From contig WTGX01000006.1 in the NCBI GenBank assembly GCA_011523385.1, positions 4,121-68,120 on the forward strand: a DNA stretch of 64,000 nucleotides. The letters are read 5' to 3'. The first letter of the stretch is position 1. Every line of letters begins with the position of its first letter. Under the pieces are notes generated by a model. The model ran no database searches, was not told where the DNA came from, and saw only the letters and a program-made list of their open reading frames with translations. Source of the DNA: Nitrospira sp. (GTDB lineage Bacteria; Nitrospirota; Nitrospiria; Nitrospirales; UBA8639). Below, one piece after another: positions 49,808-58,648 of the stretch. Made by a program: the position numbers and the translations under genes.

Positions 49808-51598
49808 ATGACTAAAAAGAAAACGCCAGAGCCGGTTCGGGCTTCGAAGCAGACGACGCTTCAGCGCATTTTGACCGCGACGGTCAATGACCTGGGCATG
49901 GATGCGACGGTGGCCATCATGAATCAACCCAAGGGGCCGTTGGTGTCGCAGGTATCCAAAGGGTTTTCGGCCCGTGAGATTCGCGCCGTCGTCCGGACCC
50001 TATCCGGCGGAAACGGCCAGTCCCAAAGTCTGTTCAGGGGGGACGGGCAGGAAGAGGCGAACGGAGCGATCGAACTGCGCATGGTGACGCCCGGTTCGAA
50101 AAATCTGTTGGCGAAGTTCCTCCGTGAGGGGAAAGTGACATATGGGGCGCTGGTCGTGGGCAAACAGGAGCGGCGACCGTTTACGAAGCGGGAAAAAACC
50201 GCCATCGACGCGACCGGGCAGCGGATCACCGAGCAATTGCGGGAAGCCAAACTGTTCGATCATTCCGTGCTCCTGGCGCGTCCCTGGATTCTGGAGGAGC
50301 CTTCAACCGAAGAACCTGCGGAAACCGGCGACGCGACGACGCGGACGTATACGTCGCCCCAGGCGCAGAAGCGCGTTGCCAAGTGTTTGACCGAGGCGCA
50401 GTCCCTGGTCCCGTTCGACCGGGGATGGGTCACCTTGTATGATCCGTTGGCCGCATCCCTGGAAGTGTTGGGTTGTCTGGCCGGGCATAAGAAAGAACTG
50501 CTGCCGGGGCGCCGCTTGTCACTGAACGAATCGGCGTCGGGGTGGACGGTGCGGCATCGCAAGCCGCGGATCGATCAGAACCTGGCCTCCACGCAAGGCC
50601 GCTTTCAGGATTACAAACAATTATACCGCGACCGGTTCCGATGCACGCTCGTGGTTCCCTTTTTTGTCAGGGGCCGCGTCGCCGGGACGATCACCCTGGC
50701 GTCCAAGACGACGGCGCAATACGAGCACACGGAAGCCGAGTCCGGAAAGCTCGCACCGGTGACGAAGCAATTGGCGCAACTGTTTGATGAACCGTCCCTG
50801 AACGTCCAGGCGTCGCCGGGAGGGGCGGCCCCATCGACACCGGAGGCGGCAGCCGGCGTCCCGGAACCGGTTATCCGGCGACAGGAACGCCAGGTGGCCT
50901 TGAATGAAGTCAGTTCGTTTCTCGCCACCGAGATTCGTGAACCCATGGGCTACATCCGGGCGCAATTGGAGGAAGTGACGGGTGACGGGATACTCGACTT
51001 CGAAACTCAAACCTCCATCGAAGCGGCCATGCGGGATCTCATGCGGATGGAAAGTATGTTGAACGACATTCTGGATTTCGCCAAGCCTCTCCAATTGGAC
51101 CGGCGGCCCTGCCGCGTCACCGACTTGATCGAAGACGGGCTGGCGTTGGTCGCTACGGATTTTCGGGTCAACCGGATCGACGTCACCAAGGAATTTCCCT
51201 CGCGTCTGGGCCAGGTGCGATGGGATCGAGAGAAGATCCAGCATGTCTTTCTCAGTATTTTTACGAATGCCCTGGAAGCCATGTCGCCGGGCGGGAATTT
51301 GCGAATCTCCGTGTCGCAGAAACGGGGTCGCCAGCCTGAAATGGTCATTCGCATCCATAACGACGGCGCGCCGATTCCCGAAGAATTGAGCGAGAAAATT
51401 TTTGAGCCCTATTTCACCACGAAACGGTCGGGCACGGGGTTGGGCCTGCCTATGGTGAAAAAAATCGTGGACGAACACGAAGGCCACATTGCGATCAACA
51501 GCCGACCCCAGGAAGGAACGCTGGTCACCATCACCCTGCCTGCCATGCGCCCCAGGCGGCCCTATCGGGGGAAAGGGCGCCCGCCCAGGCGGTCCTAG
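49808..51598 (+). CDS. sensor histidine kinase with GAF-like N-terminal domains
   Basis: Contains a HisKA-like region, then an HATPase_c domain with N box (IFTNALEAM), G1 (RIHNDGAPIP) and G2 (GTGLGLPMV). No adjacent response regulator is present. Confidence 0.85.
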   Translation: MTKKKTPEPVRASKQTTLQRILTATVNDLGMDATVAIMNQPKGPLVSQVSKGFSAREIRAVVRTLSGGNGQSQSLFRGDGQEEANGAIELRMVTPGSKNLLAKFLREGKVTYGALVVGKQERRPFTKREKTAIDATGQRITEQLREAKLFDHSVLLARPWILEEPSTEEPAETGDATTRTYTSPQAQKRVAKCLTEAQSLVPFDRGWVTLYDPLAASLEVLGCLAGHKKELLPGRRLSLNESASGWTVRHRKPRIDQNLASTQGRFQDYKQLYRDRFRCTLVVPFFVRGRVAGTITLASKTTAQYEHTEAESGKLAPVTKQLAQLFDEPSLNVQASPGGAAPSTPEAAAGVPEPVIRRQERQVALNEVSSFLATEIREPMGYIRAQLEEVTGDGILDFETQTSIEAAMRDLMRMESMLNDILDFAKPLQLDRRPCRVTDLIEDGLALVATDFRVNRIDVTKEFPSRLGQVRWDREKIQHVFLSIFTNALEAMSPGGNLRISVSQKRGRQPEMVIRIHNDGAPIPEELSEKIFEPYFTTKRSGTGLGLPMVKKIVDEHEGHIAINSRPQEGTLVTITLPAMRPRRPYRGKGRPPRRS

Positions 51599-51669
51599 GA
51601 ACGGTCCCCGAGCCGGCCTAAGACGGCATTATTCTCGATCTTCGAGATATGGCCCTGCGGCACACCTGA
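51565..51669. repeat. 105-bp direct repeat, copy 1
   Basis: It differs from 52482..52586 by 2 mismatches and includes the last 34 nt of the kinase gene with its TAG stop. Confidence 0.85.
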
Positions 51670-51714
51670 TTTGGCGCTCAACTCGCGCTGGCTGAGGCCT
51701 CTGGCTTCACGCAT
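51595..51714 (-). pseudogene. truncated XRE-type HTH gene fragment
   Basis: Reads MREARGLSQRELSAKSGVPQGHISKIENN.., then ends prematurely inside the direct repeat, convergent with the kinase 3' end. Confidence 0.4.
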
Positions 51715-51745
51715 TCCTTGTGAATTATTCGTTCTTCTTTCCTGT

Positions 51746-52147
51746 CTACGAACGGGGCGGGGTGATGACTTCACACGTGGGGCCGGTAGCACGGCTGAGC
51801 TTCCGGTCGAGTGTCACCAGCGGGCAAGCGAGTGCCTCGGCCAGCGCCACGTACCAGGCATCGTAGCTGGTCAGGTTGCGGCGTAAGGTCCATATGCGTT
51901 CGGCAAAGGGCGCGAAAGGAAATAACTCCACGTCGAGTCGCAACAGGTCACCGTGCGCGTTTTCTGCCTCCGGGCGCGAGACCCGGCCAATTTGTTCCAA
52001 CCGACGCAGGATGTTGCTGGCCTCAACCAAGGCCAATTCCGGACTGGCCAGGAAGCCGCCGGCAACCACGGACTCAGCCCACTGGCCTTCACGGCCCGAG
52101 TCGACCAAGGCCGCAACCAGCACGGATCCGTCGACGACGGTCGTCAC
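51746..52147 (-). CDS. vapC: PIN-domain toxin VapC
   Basis: Starts MTTVVDGSVLVAALVD and contains YDAWYVALA, which is the PIN pattern. It overlaps the antitoxin gene by 4 nt. Confidence 0.85.
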   Translation of the reverse strand: MTTVVDGSVLVAALVDSGREGQWAESVVAGGFLASPELALVEASNILRRLEQIGRVSRPEAENAHGDLLRLDVELFPFAPFAERIWTLRRNLTSYDAWYVALAEALACPLVTLDRKLSRATGPTCEVITPPRS

Positions 52148-52380
52148 GTCCGGTCCGCGTCACGGGCGCGCAGGATCAGAGACGGAGGAACCCGTGTTTT
52201 GGTTCCTCCCTTGCGGTTGTGAACGTCTTGCAGCCACGCGCCAACGGAAGGCCGCGACGCGATACGCTCCAGTTCGCAACGGAGGAATTCCTGCATGGAC
52301 TGGCGTTGGAGTGCCGCGCGCATTGCGAGTTCATCGCGGACTTCCTCGGGCACACCCCTGATGGTGATCTGTATCGGCAT
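52144..52380 (-). CDS. FitA/Arc-like type II antitoxin
   Basis: Starts MPIQITIRGVPEEVRDELAMRAALQRQSMQEFL, a typical antitoxin N-terminus. Confidence 0.75.
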   Translation of the reverse strand: MPIQITIRGVPEEVRDELAMRAALQRQSMQEFLRCELERIASRPSVGAWLQDVHNRKGGTKTRVPPSLILRARDADRT

Positions 52381-52481
52381 GAAGGCATTCTGCCATCACT
52401 GAAAGCATTTTGCAATCACTCGACTCGAAATCCTTGAGAATCATTCTCCTGGCACCTGATATGGCACCCGCTGTGGCACTT

Positions 52482-52586
52482 TCGGGGGAAAGGGCGCCCG
52501 CCCAGGCGGCCCCAGGAACGGTCCCCGAGCCGGCCTAAGACGGCATTATTCTCGATCTTCGAGATATGGCCCTGCGGCACACCTGA
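52482..52586. repeat. 105-bp direct repeat, copy 2
   Basis: See copy 1. In this copy the TAG is replaced by CAG. Confidence 0.85.
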
Positions 52587-52597
52587 GAACAAGTGAT

Positions 52598-52867
52598 TTA
52601 CGCTACCCGTCTTGCCTCGACGGCCTTGGCCAAGTCATATGTCGTCTGCAAATTCAGCCAAAGCTTTGGCGAGGTTCCCAGGGTTTCGGCCAGATCGAGT
52701 GCCGCATCGGCGGTGATACCTCGCTTGCCTCGTATGACTTCATTCAGACGCGCTCGGCTCCAGCCGATCTTCTGTGCGAACGCCGCCTGGCTCATTCCCA
52801 TGGGCTCGAGAAATTCCTCCAGCAGCATTTCGCCCGGATGAAAAGGATTTTTCGGTTGTTTATCCAC
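52598..52867 (-). CDS. higA: HigA-family HTH antitoxin
   Basis: Contains ..HPGEMLLEEFLEPMGMSQAAFAQKIGWSRARLNEVIRGKRGIT. The start is set at the GTG at 52867, downstream of the higB stop. Confidence 0.8.
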   Translation of the reverse strand: MDKQPKNPFHPGEMLLEEFLEPMGMSQAAFAQKIGWSRARLNEVIRGKRGITADAALDLAETLGTSPKLWLNLQTTYDLAKAVEARRVA

Positions 52868-52880
52868 GGTTTTTGCTCCC

Positions 52881-53171
52881 CTAGTGATAGTCGATGATTT
52901 GCACACCATAGGCATGGACCCCGCTCCATTGAAACACCAATCGCCACTGATCGTTAATCCTGATCGAATGGAACCCTTTCCATTTTCCCTTCAGGCTCTC
53001 CAATCTGTTGCCGGGTGGCATTCTCAGATCTTTCATCTCTGCAGCATCGTGAAGATAGAGCAGTTTACGTCTTGCCTTCCGTCGCAACTCCGGGGGAAAT
53101 GATCGTGTCGCTTTGCTTTGCTTGTCGTAGAACAAATCCTTCGCCAGAGCATTCCCAAATGCCCGAATCAT
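52881..53171 (-). CDS. higB: HigB (RelE/ParE-fold) toxin
   Basis: Contains the plasmid-maintenance-killer pattern: LHDAAEMKDLRMPPGNRLESLKG...FHSIRINDQWRLVFQW. Confidence 0.85.
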   Translation of the reverse strand: MIRAFGNALAKDLFYDKQSKATRSFPPELRRKARRKLLYLHDAAEMKDLRMPPGNRLESLKGKWKGFHSIRINDQWRLVFQWSGVHAYGVQIIDYH

Positions 53172-53310
53172 GTTCCTATGTTATCGGAACGCGATAACAT
53201 AGGCAAGTGGCATACCTGTTACTCTCTTAGCAGAATGATCAATTTTGTTATGAACCCTCCCCTTATGGATCGTTCTTGCCGCCTTTCGCATTTTGGTGTA
53301 TGGTAGGTGT

Positions 53311-53514
53311 ATGTCGCGCACCAACATAAACATCGACGATCAGGCGTGCGCCGAGGTGATGCGGCGTTATCAACTCGAGACCAAGCGTGAGGCGATTAAC
53401 TTCGCGCTCCGGATGCTGGCGGCCGAACCCGTATCTGTCAACGAGGCTCGTACGCTTCGTGGGGTCGGTTGGGGAGGAGACCTCGACGCGATGCGTTCCA
53501 GCCGTTCGCTATGA
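53311..53514 (+). CDS. vapB: type II antitoxin VapB-like
   Basis: Starts MSRTNINIDDQACAEVMRRYQL. Its stop overlaps the vapC ATG (ATGA). Confidence 0.8.
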   Translation: MSRTNINIDDQACAEVMRRYQLETKREAINFALRMLAAEPVSVNEARTLRGVGWGGDLDAMRSSRSL

Positions 53515-53927
53515 TCCTGATCGATACCTCGGCTTGGATAGAGTTTCTGCGGAACACGGGGTCCACGATCTGCAATCTCGTTGACGAACTGCTGGCACGC
53601 GAGGTTGCCATCTGCGATGCCGTGCGGATGGAGGTGCTCGCCGGAGCGCGGGATGAATCGCACCTGCTGAACCTTCGGCGACTGCTGGCCCGGGCAGCGG
53701 TGATACCAACACGGGCGACGGACTATGAAGATGCTGCCGGGCTCTATCGCCGCTGCCGACGGGAAGGGGAGACCGTTCGCAAGTTGATCGACTGTCTCAT
53801 TGCCTCCGTTGCCATACGCACCGGGACGCCGATTCTGCATAACGACGCCGACTTCGATGTGCTTGCGCGTCACACGGAGTTGCGAGTGTATGCAGCCGGA
53901 CGGGCCTCGTCCGACTTCAATGCTTGA
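53511..53927 (+). CDS. vapC: PIN-domain toxin VapC
   Basis: Starts MILIDTSAWIEFL and contains DCLIASVAIR and LHNDADF. Confidence 0.85.
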   Translation: MILIDTSAWIEFLRNTGSTICNLVDELLAREVAICDAVRMEVLAGARDESHLLNLRRLLARAAVIPTRATDYEDAAGLYRRCRREGETVRKLIDCLIASVAIRTGTPILHNDADFDVLARHTELRVYAAGRASSDFNA

Positions 53928-54074
53928 GGCACAGATACCGGAACCAGAAAAGCAGAAGTAAAGGAAAATGAGGGTTCCTGAGCCTGAACGACTAAAAGCC
54001 AAACGCTATGAACCTGAGAACCGAATGAAGATCCTACGCCTATGACAGCATAGATCATATAGCACTCAAGGTAA

Positions 54075-54299
54075 GGAACCTCTGATTTATTGCACTATCG
54101 GGCGTATGGCTGCGTTGTGTCCTCGCTCAACCCTCACCTATCTCTCTGATAAGCCTCGGGTTTTGCTCCGGGACGCCTTGCCCTACATCCCGCTATCACA
54201 ATAAACATGTCCTCGACCCCCGATTACAAACAGCCTGCCCTCGACGTTTGTAATCGGGGGTCGGGGGCAGGCTATTCTTAATCGGGGATCAGAGGTTCC
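54075..54299. mobile_element. MITE-like element, copy 2 (inverted relative to copy 1) with a nested 83-bp insertion
   Basis: It has the same 15-bp termini as copy 1 and GTAA on both flanks. The interior matches the reverse complement of copy 1, except for an insert at 54206..54288 made of palindromic-repeat sequence. Confidence 0.7.
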
Positions 54300-54334
54300 G
54301 TAAGATATTTCGACTTACCCGACGCTCATTTTGC

Positions 54335-56086
54335 TTACCTGCGGGTCTTGGCCGATTTTGACTGCGGCATGACGAAGGCCTGGCCGCGGAGTTTGCGATG
54401 GTAGGCGATGGCGAAGCGGTGCGCTTCGTCACGGATGCGCTGCACCAGGCGGGAGACGTGCGACGTGGGGGACAGGATGAGCGGGTCGCGATGACCGGGT
54501 GCATAGATCCGCTCTTCTTTCTCGCCTTTGGCTTTGGCTAATCCGACGACGGGCAGGTGACCGAGACCGAGAACGCGCAGCGCGTCCACCGCGGCTCCCA
54601 ATTGCCCGATTCCCCCATCGATCAGGATGAGATCGGGAAGCGGCAGCATCTTATTGGTTTTGGTGCCGAGGGTCCCGCCGTACCGGCGAGTGACAACTTC
54701 CTCCATACTCGCAAAGTCGTTCGCCCCCTCGACGGTCCTGATACGAAACCTCCGGTAATCCGCTTTCTTCATTTTGCCGTCTTCCCACACCACCATCGAG
54801 GCCACGGAATGGGTGCCCATGGTGTTGGAAATGTCAAACCCTTCCACCCTGCCCGGCGTCTTCGGCAACCCAAGGAGTCGCTGCAACTCCTCGGCCTCCT
54901 TGTGTTCGACCGCGGTGTTGCGCAAATGCTCCGCGATGGCCGCGGCGGCATTTTCTTCGGCTAAGTGGAGCAGTTGACGTTTTGCCCCTCGCTCGGGAGT
55001 CAGGATTCGCACACGCCGGCCTTTTTTTGAACTCAGCCAGCGTTGAAGCAATTCCCGGTCGGACAGGGCTTCGGACACCAACAATTCCTTGGGGGGCAAG
55101 GTGTCCTTGTTGTAGAACTGCTCAATGGCCGACCGGATCAACTCCTCATCCGAAGCCTCTTTCGCATCCGCCCAGAAAAAATCCTTGCGGCCGATCAACA
55201 AGCCGCCGCGCACAAACAACAGTTGCAGGTCCACCGCCGGTCCCATCCTGGCCAGGCCGAGAATATCCTGGTCCATGGACCCGATTTGCGCCACGCGCTG
55301 TTTTTCCAACGTCCTGGTAATGCTCGCCATCCGGTCCCGCAGCCGGGCCGCTTCTTCAAATTCTTCGCGATCGGCGGCCGCTTCCATCTCCTTGCGCAAC
55401 CCGTCCAGCAATTCCTTGTCCCGCCCCTCCAGAAAACAGCGAACCTGTTCGACGATGCGATGGTAGTCTTCCTGCGACTGGTTGCCGGTACAGGGCGCCA
55501 TGCAGCGTTTGATTTCAAATTCCAGACAGGCGCGTTCAGCAGTCCCGTCGATGTCGATCTTGCACGTGGCCAGCGGAAACACCTTCTTGATGACCTTCAG
55601 CGTTTCCCGAAGCGCGCCCGCGGGCACGTACGGGCCGAAATACAGGGCACCGTCGTTCTTCACGCGACGCACGATCGAGAGACGGGGAAAATTGTCCTTC
55701 ACCGGCAGGCGGAGAAACGGGTAGTGCTTGTCATCGCGCAGCACCACGTTGAACCGGGGACGATGGCGTTTGACCAGGTTGCTTTCGAGCAGGAGGGCTT
55801 CCAGTTCGGAGCGCGTGACGATCGTTTCGATATCCCGAACCAGGGACGTCAACACGCGGGTCTTGGGAGTCGGGTCGTGCCCTTTCTGAAAATACGAACG
55901 GACCCGGTCCGCCAGCACCCGGGCTTTTCCGATGTAGAGGATTTCGCCGCCCTTTCCTTTCAGCAGGTACACGCCGGACTGGTTGGGCAGGTGTGCCAGG
56001 GTCGATTCGAGCCCTTCGACTTCGTTACGCTTCGCTACGCTACGCTCAGGAGAGGCGGGAGTGGTCACGGAAGTATTGTACTGCAC
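54335..56086 (-). CDS. uvrC: excinuclease ABC subunit C
   Basis: Contains a GIY-YIG domain (GVYLLKGKGGEILYIGKA), a UvrBC domain and a C-terminal HhH. It has a GTG start and a repeat-derived N-terminal extension. Confidence 0.95.
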   Translation of the reverse strand: MQYNTSVTTPASPERSVAKRNEVEGLESTLAHLPNQSGVYLLKGKGGEILYIGKARVLADRVRSYFQKGHDPTPKTRVLTSLVRDIETIVTRSELEALLLESNLVKRHRPRFNVVLRDDKHYPFLRLPVKDNFPRLSIVRRVKNDGALYFGPYVPAGALRETLKVIKKVFPLATCKIDIDGTAERACLEFEIKRCMAPCTGNQSQEDYHRIVEQVRCFLEGRDKELLDGLRKEMEAAADREEFEEAARLRDRMASITRTLEKQRVAQIGSMDQDILGLARMGPAVDLQLLFVRGGLLIGRKDFFWADAKEASDEELIRSAIEQFYNKDTLPPKELLVSEALSDRELLQRWLSSKKGRRVRILTPERGAKRQLLHLAEENAAAAIAEHLRNTAVEHKEAEELQRLLGLPKTPGRVEGFDISNTMGTHSVASMVVWEDGKMKKADYRRFRIRTVEGANDFASMEEVVTRRYGGTLGTKTNKMLPLPDLILIDGGIGQLGAAVDALRVLGLGHLPVVGLAKAKGEKEERIYAPGHRDPLILSPTSHVSRLVQRIRDEAHRFAIAYHRKLRGQAFVMPQSKSAKTRR

Positions 56087-56191
56087 CGCACGGCGACCAA
56101 CAATATTGACTTCTCTTTTCCATCAACGTAACGTAAAATAGACCGAACGATATAATAATCTGCGGAAGCGGACCACGCTCCACTATTTCTC

Positions 56192-57622
56192 ATGATTCGG
56201 CACGGCAACCATTCCCGCTCTTCTTTGTGTACCTCACTACTTGGGACCTTTTTGGCCTTTGTCGCGACAACCAGCTTTTCTCACCAGGCTTTTGGCGAAG
56301 GCTTCAGAATCCTGGACCAGAGCGCGGCGGCCACGGCTCAAGGCGGAGCGTTCGCCGCCCAGGCCGATGACCCGTCGGCCGTACATTACAATCCGGCTGC
56401 CATCACGGACCTGCCGGGTCTGCAAATGACGGTGGGAACGCTCCTCGTAAACGGAGCCATTGATTTCAGGCCATCCTCCGGACCGGCCATTGAAGGTGAT
56501 TTCGGCGGCACCTTTGCCAATCCTCCGCCCAGCAGTTTTTTCGTGAGCGTCAGGCTCAGTGATTTGGGGTGGCCTTCATTCGACTCGTTGACATTGGGGC
56601 TGGGAGTCTATGCGCCCTTCGGCAACATCACGCGCTATCCCCGGGCTTCCAGCATCGCCCCTATCCTCACAAGAACGGCATCCCCGATCCTGGACATAAC
56701 CCCGACTGTCGCGTTCAGGGCAAATCCCATGTTGGCACTCGGCGCCGGGTTGGACATTTATACGTTTTCCGACCTGTTCGGTGAGGGTCACGTTGAGATA
56801 CAGCAAACCGCTGCGGACCTGGCGCGCGCCGGGTTCCCGTTTGCCTCCGACGACGATATCGAACTGAACGGCCGGGATACGGCCCTTGGGTATCATGCCG
56901 GATTGCTCTTGACGCCTTTGCGCAATGAGCAAGGGCACCCGCTTGTGAACGTCGCGTTGGTCTATCGAAGCCGGGCGACGTTGAACTTGACGGGACGGTT
57001 TTTGAACAAGAGTCGAGGGTTCGCGTTGGGAGCAAAGGCCGATCTCAACCTGCCCCAAGTCGTCACGGCCGGCCTCGCGGTGTGGCCCATGAGGGATGCC
57101 CGGCGCGAGTGGAAGCTGGAAATCGACGTGGATTACGCGGATTGGACCTCGTTCGATCACCTGGACGTGACCCTATCCAATGGCGCAGTGCTTCCCAACC
57201 CGCGAAACTGGCAGGACTCGTACGTCGTGATGGCCGGTACCGAATACAAATTCGTCAAGCCGGCTTGGCTGCCGTCCTGGGACGTGTCCATCAGGGGCGG
57301 GTACGTGTTCGCCGACAGTCCGGTGCCGGAACGGACGTTCAAGCCTGACGTTCCGGATTCCAATTCACATTCATACTCCGCCGGAATCGGGTTCCTGTGT
57401 CGGCACGGTGGAACCTTTCTGGGCGTGATTCCTTGCGGCACTGGTCGGGAGGGGCTCGGTCTGGCCGCTCTGGGATTCGACGTGGCTTATCAGGGCATTT
57501 TCTACCAATTACGCGGCATTTCAAACAACCAGGATCCTCGGGTCCACGGAGTATGGGACACGACCATCCACGTGGTTTCCTTGAATCTCCGCATGAATTT
57601 CGACGTATTCCGGTCGTTCTGA
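56192..57622 (+). CDS. outer-membrane transport protein, OMPP1/FadL/TodX family
   Basis: It has a signal peptide, GFRILDQSAAATAQGGAFAAQADDPSAVHYNPA and a C-terminal aromatic residue. Confidence 0.85.
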   Translation: MIRHGNHSRSSLCTSLLGTFLAFVATTSFSHQAFGEGFRILDQSAAATAQGGAFAAQADDPSAVHYNPAAITDLPGLQMTVGTLLVNGAIDFRPSSGPAIEGDFGGTFANPPPSSFFVSVRLSDLGWPSFDSLTLGLGVYAPFGNITRYPRASSIAPILTRTASPILDITPTVAFRANPMLALGAGLDIYTFSDLFGEGHVEIQQTAADLARAGFPFASDDDIELNGRDTALGYHAGLLLTPLRNEQGHPLVNVALVYRSRATLNLTGRFLNKSRGFALGAKADLNLPQVVTAGLAVWPMRDARREWKLEIDVDYADWTSFDHLDVTLSNGAVLPNPRNWQDSYVVMAGTEYKFVKPAWLPSWDVSIRGGYVFADSPVPERTFKPDVPDSNSHSYSAGIGFLCRHGGTFLGVIPCGTGREGLGLAALGFDVAYQGIFYQLRGISNNQDPRVHGVWDTTIHVVSLNLRMNFDVFRSF

Positions 57623-57734
57623 TAGCCTGCCTCATTAACTGACAAATTCTCTCCATCCCGGCCATTCAGGAACCGTTGAGTCCGGTACGGTCATTATGTG
57701 ATAACTACACACCCTGCAACCTGAAGGAGCCTTC

Positions 57735-58643
57735 ATGGAAATCAATACCGACACGCAATTGTGCGGCGTCCTCGGCCATCCGGTGAAGCACTCGCTGTCT
57801 CCGGCCATTCACAATGCCGCGTTTCAGCACTTGGGGCTGAATTACGTGTACCTCGCGTTTCCCGTTGAAGACGTGCCTCACGCTCTCCACGGAATCCGCG
57901 CGTTGGGCAACCTCAGGGGGTTCAGCGTCACGATCCCCCATAAAGTGTCGGTCATGGCCCACCTGGATACGATCGAGCCGGCGGCCCGGCACATCGGCGC
58001 CGTCAATACCATCGTGAAAGAGGACCAAACCCTGGCCGGATACAATACGGACGCCTCCGGCGCCCTCCTGGCGTTACAGCACGCAGGCGTGGCACTAGAC
58101 GGGAAACACGTGGTCATGATCGGCTCCGGCGGGGCCGCACGAGCCATTGCATTCGGGCTCGCGCTGGAGACCCCGGTCAGCAGGCTCACGATCCTGGGGA
58201 TCGAAGAAGAAGAGCGCCAGACCCTCGCCCGCAACCTTCGTGAAGGCACGACGCTTCACGTTGAAGACCACACGCTCAACGCGGACACCCTGGAACCGGC
58301 CCTGGACCAGGCGCAGGTCATGATTCACTGCACTCCCGTGGGGATGGACCCCCACGTCGATCAGACCTGCGTGCCTCAGCAATTTTTGCATCCCGACCTG
58401 ACGGTCATGGACATCGTGTACAACCCATTGGATACGCGATTGCTGAAGGAAGCTCGAAACGCCGGATCCCCCACGATCCGGGGTCTGGAAATGTTCCTGC
58501 ATCAGGCTGTCGCCCAATTCGAGTTGTGGACGGGCCAACCCGCCCCGGTCCCCGTCATGCGTCAGGTCCTGGAGTCCCGCTTTTCATCTCCCTCTCCCAC
58601 TGGGAGAGGGCCTGCCCCGGACTCGATCCGGGGGCCGGGGTGA
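57735..58643 (+). CDS. aroE: shikimate dehydrogenase
   Basis: Contains GHPVKHSLSPAIHNAAF, SVTIPHK and NTD. The last about 18 codons and the stop come from a repeat element. Confidence 0.92.
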   Translation: MEINTDTQLCGVLGHPVKHSLSPAIHNAAFQHLGLNYVYLAFPVEDVPHALHGIRALGNLRGFSVTIPHKVSVMAHLDTIEPAARHIGAVNTIVKEDQTLAGYNTDASGALLALQHAGVALDGKHVVMIGSGGAARAIAFGLALETPVSRLTILGIEEEERQTLARNLREGTTLHVEDHTLNADTLEPALDQAQVMIHCTPVGMDPHVDQTCVPQQFLHPDLTVMDIVYNPLDTRLLKEARNAGSPTIRGLEMFLHQAVAQFELWTGQPAPVPVMRQVLESRFSSPSPTGRGPAPDSIRGPG

Positions 58644-58646
58644 GGG
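58588..58646. repeat. dual-hairpin REP-like element (copy at the aroE-aroK junction)
   Basis: The sequence CCCTCTCCCACTGGGAGAGGGCCTGCCCCGGACTCGATCCGGGGGCCGGGGTGAGGG closely matches 27019..27081. Confidence 0.65.
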
Positions 58647-58648
58647 CC

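Noticed and set aside
53370-54002. A 210-aa minus-strand ORF across the VapB/VapC pair.
   Set aside because: It is antisense to a well-formed, translationally coupled TA pair and has no recognisable motif.
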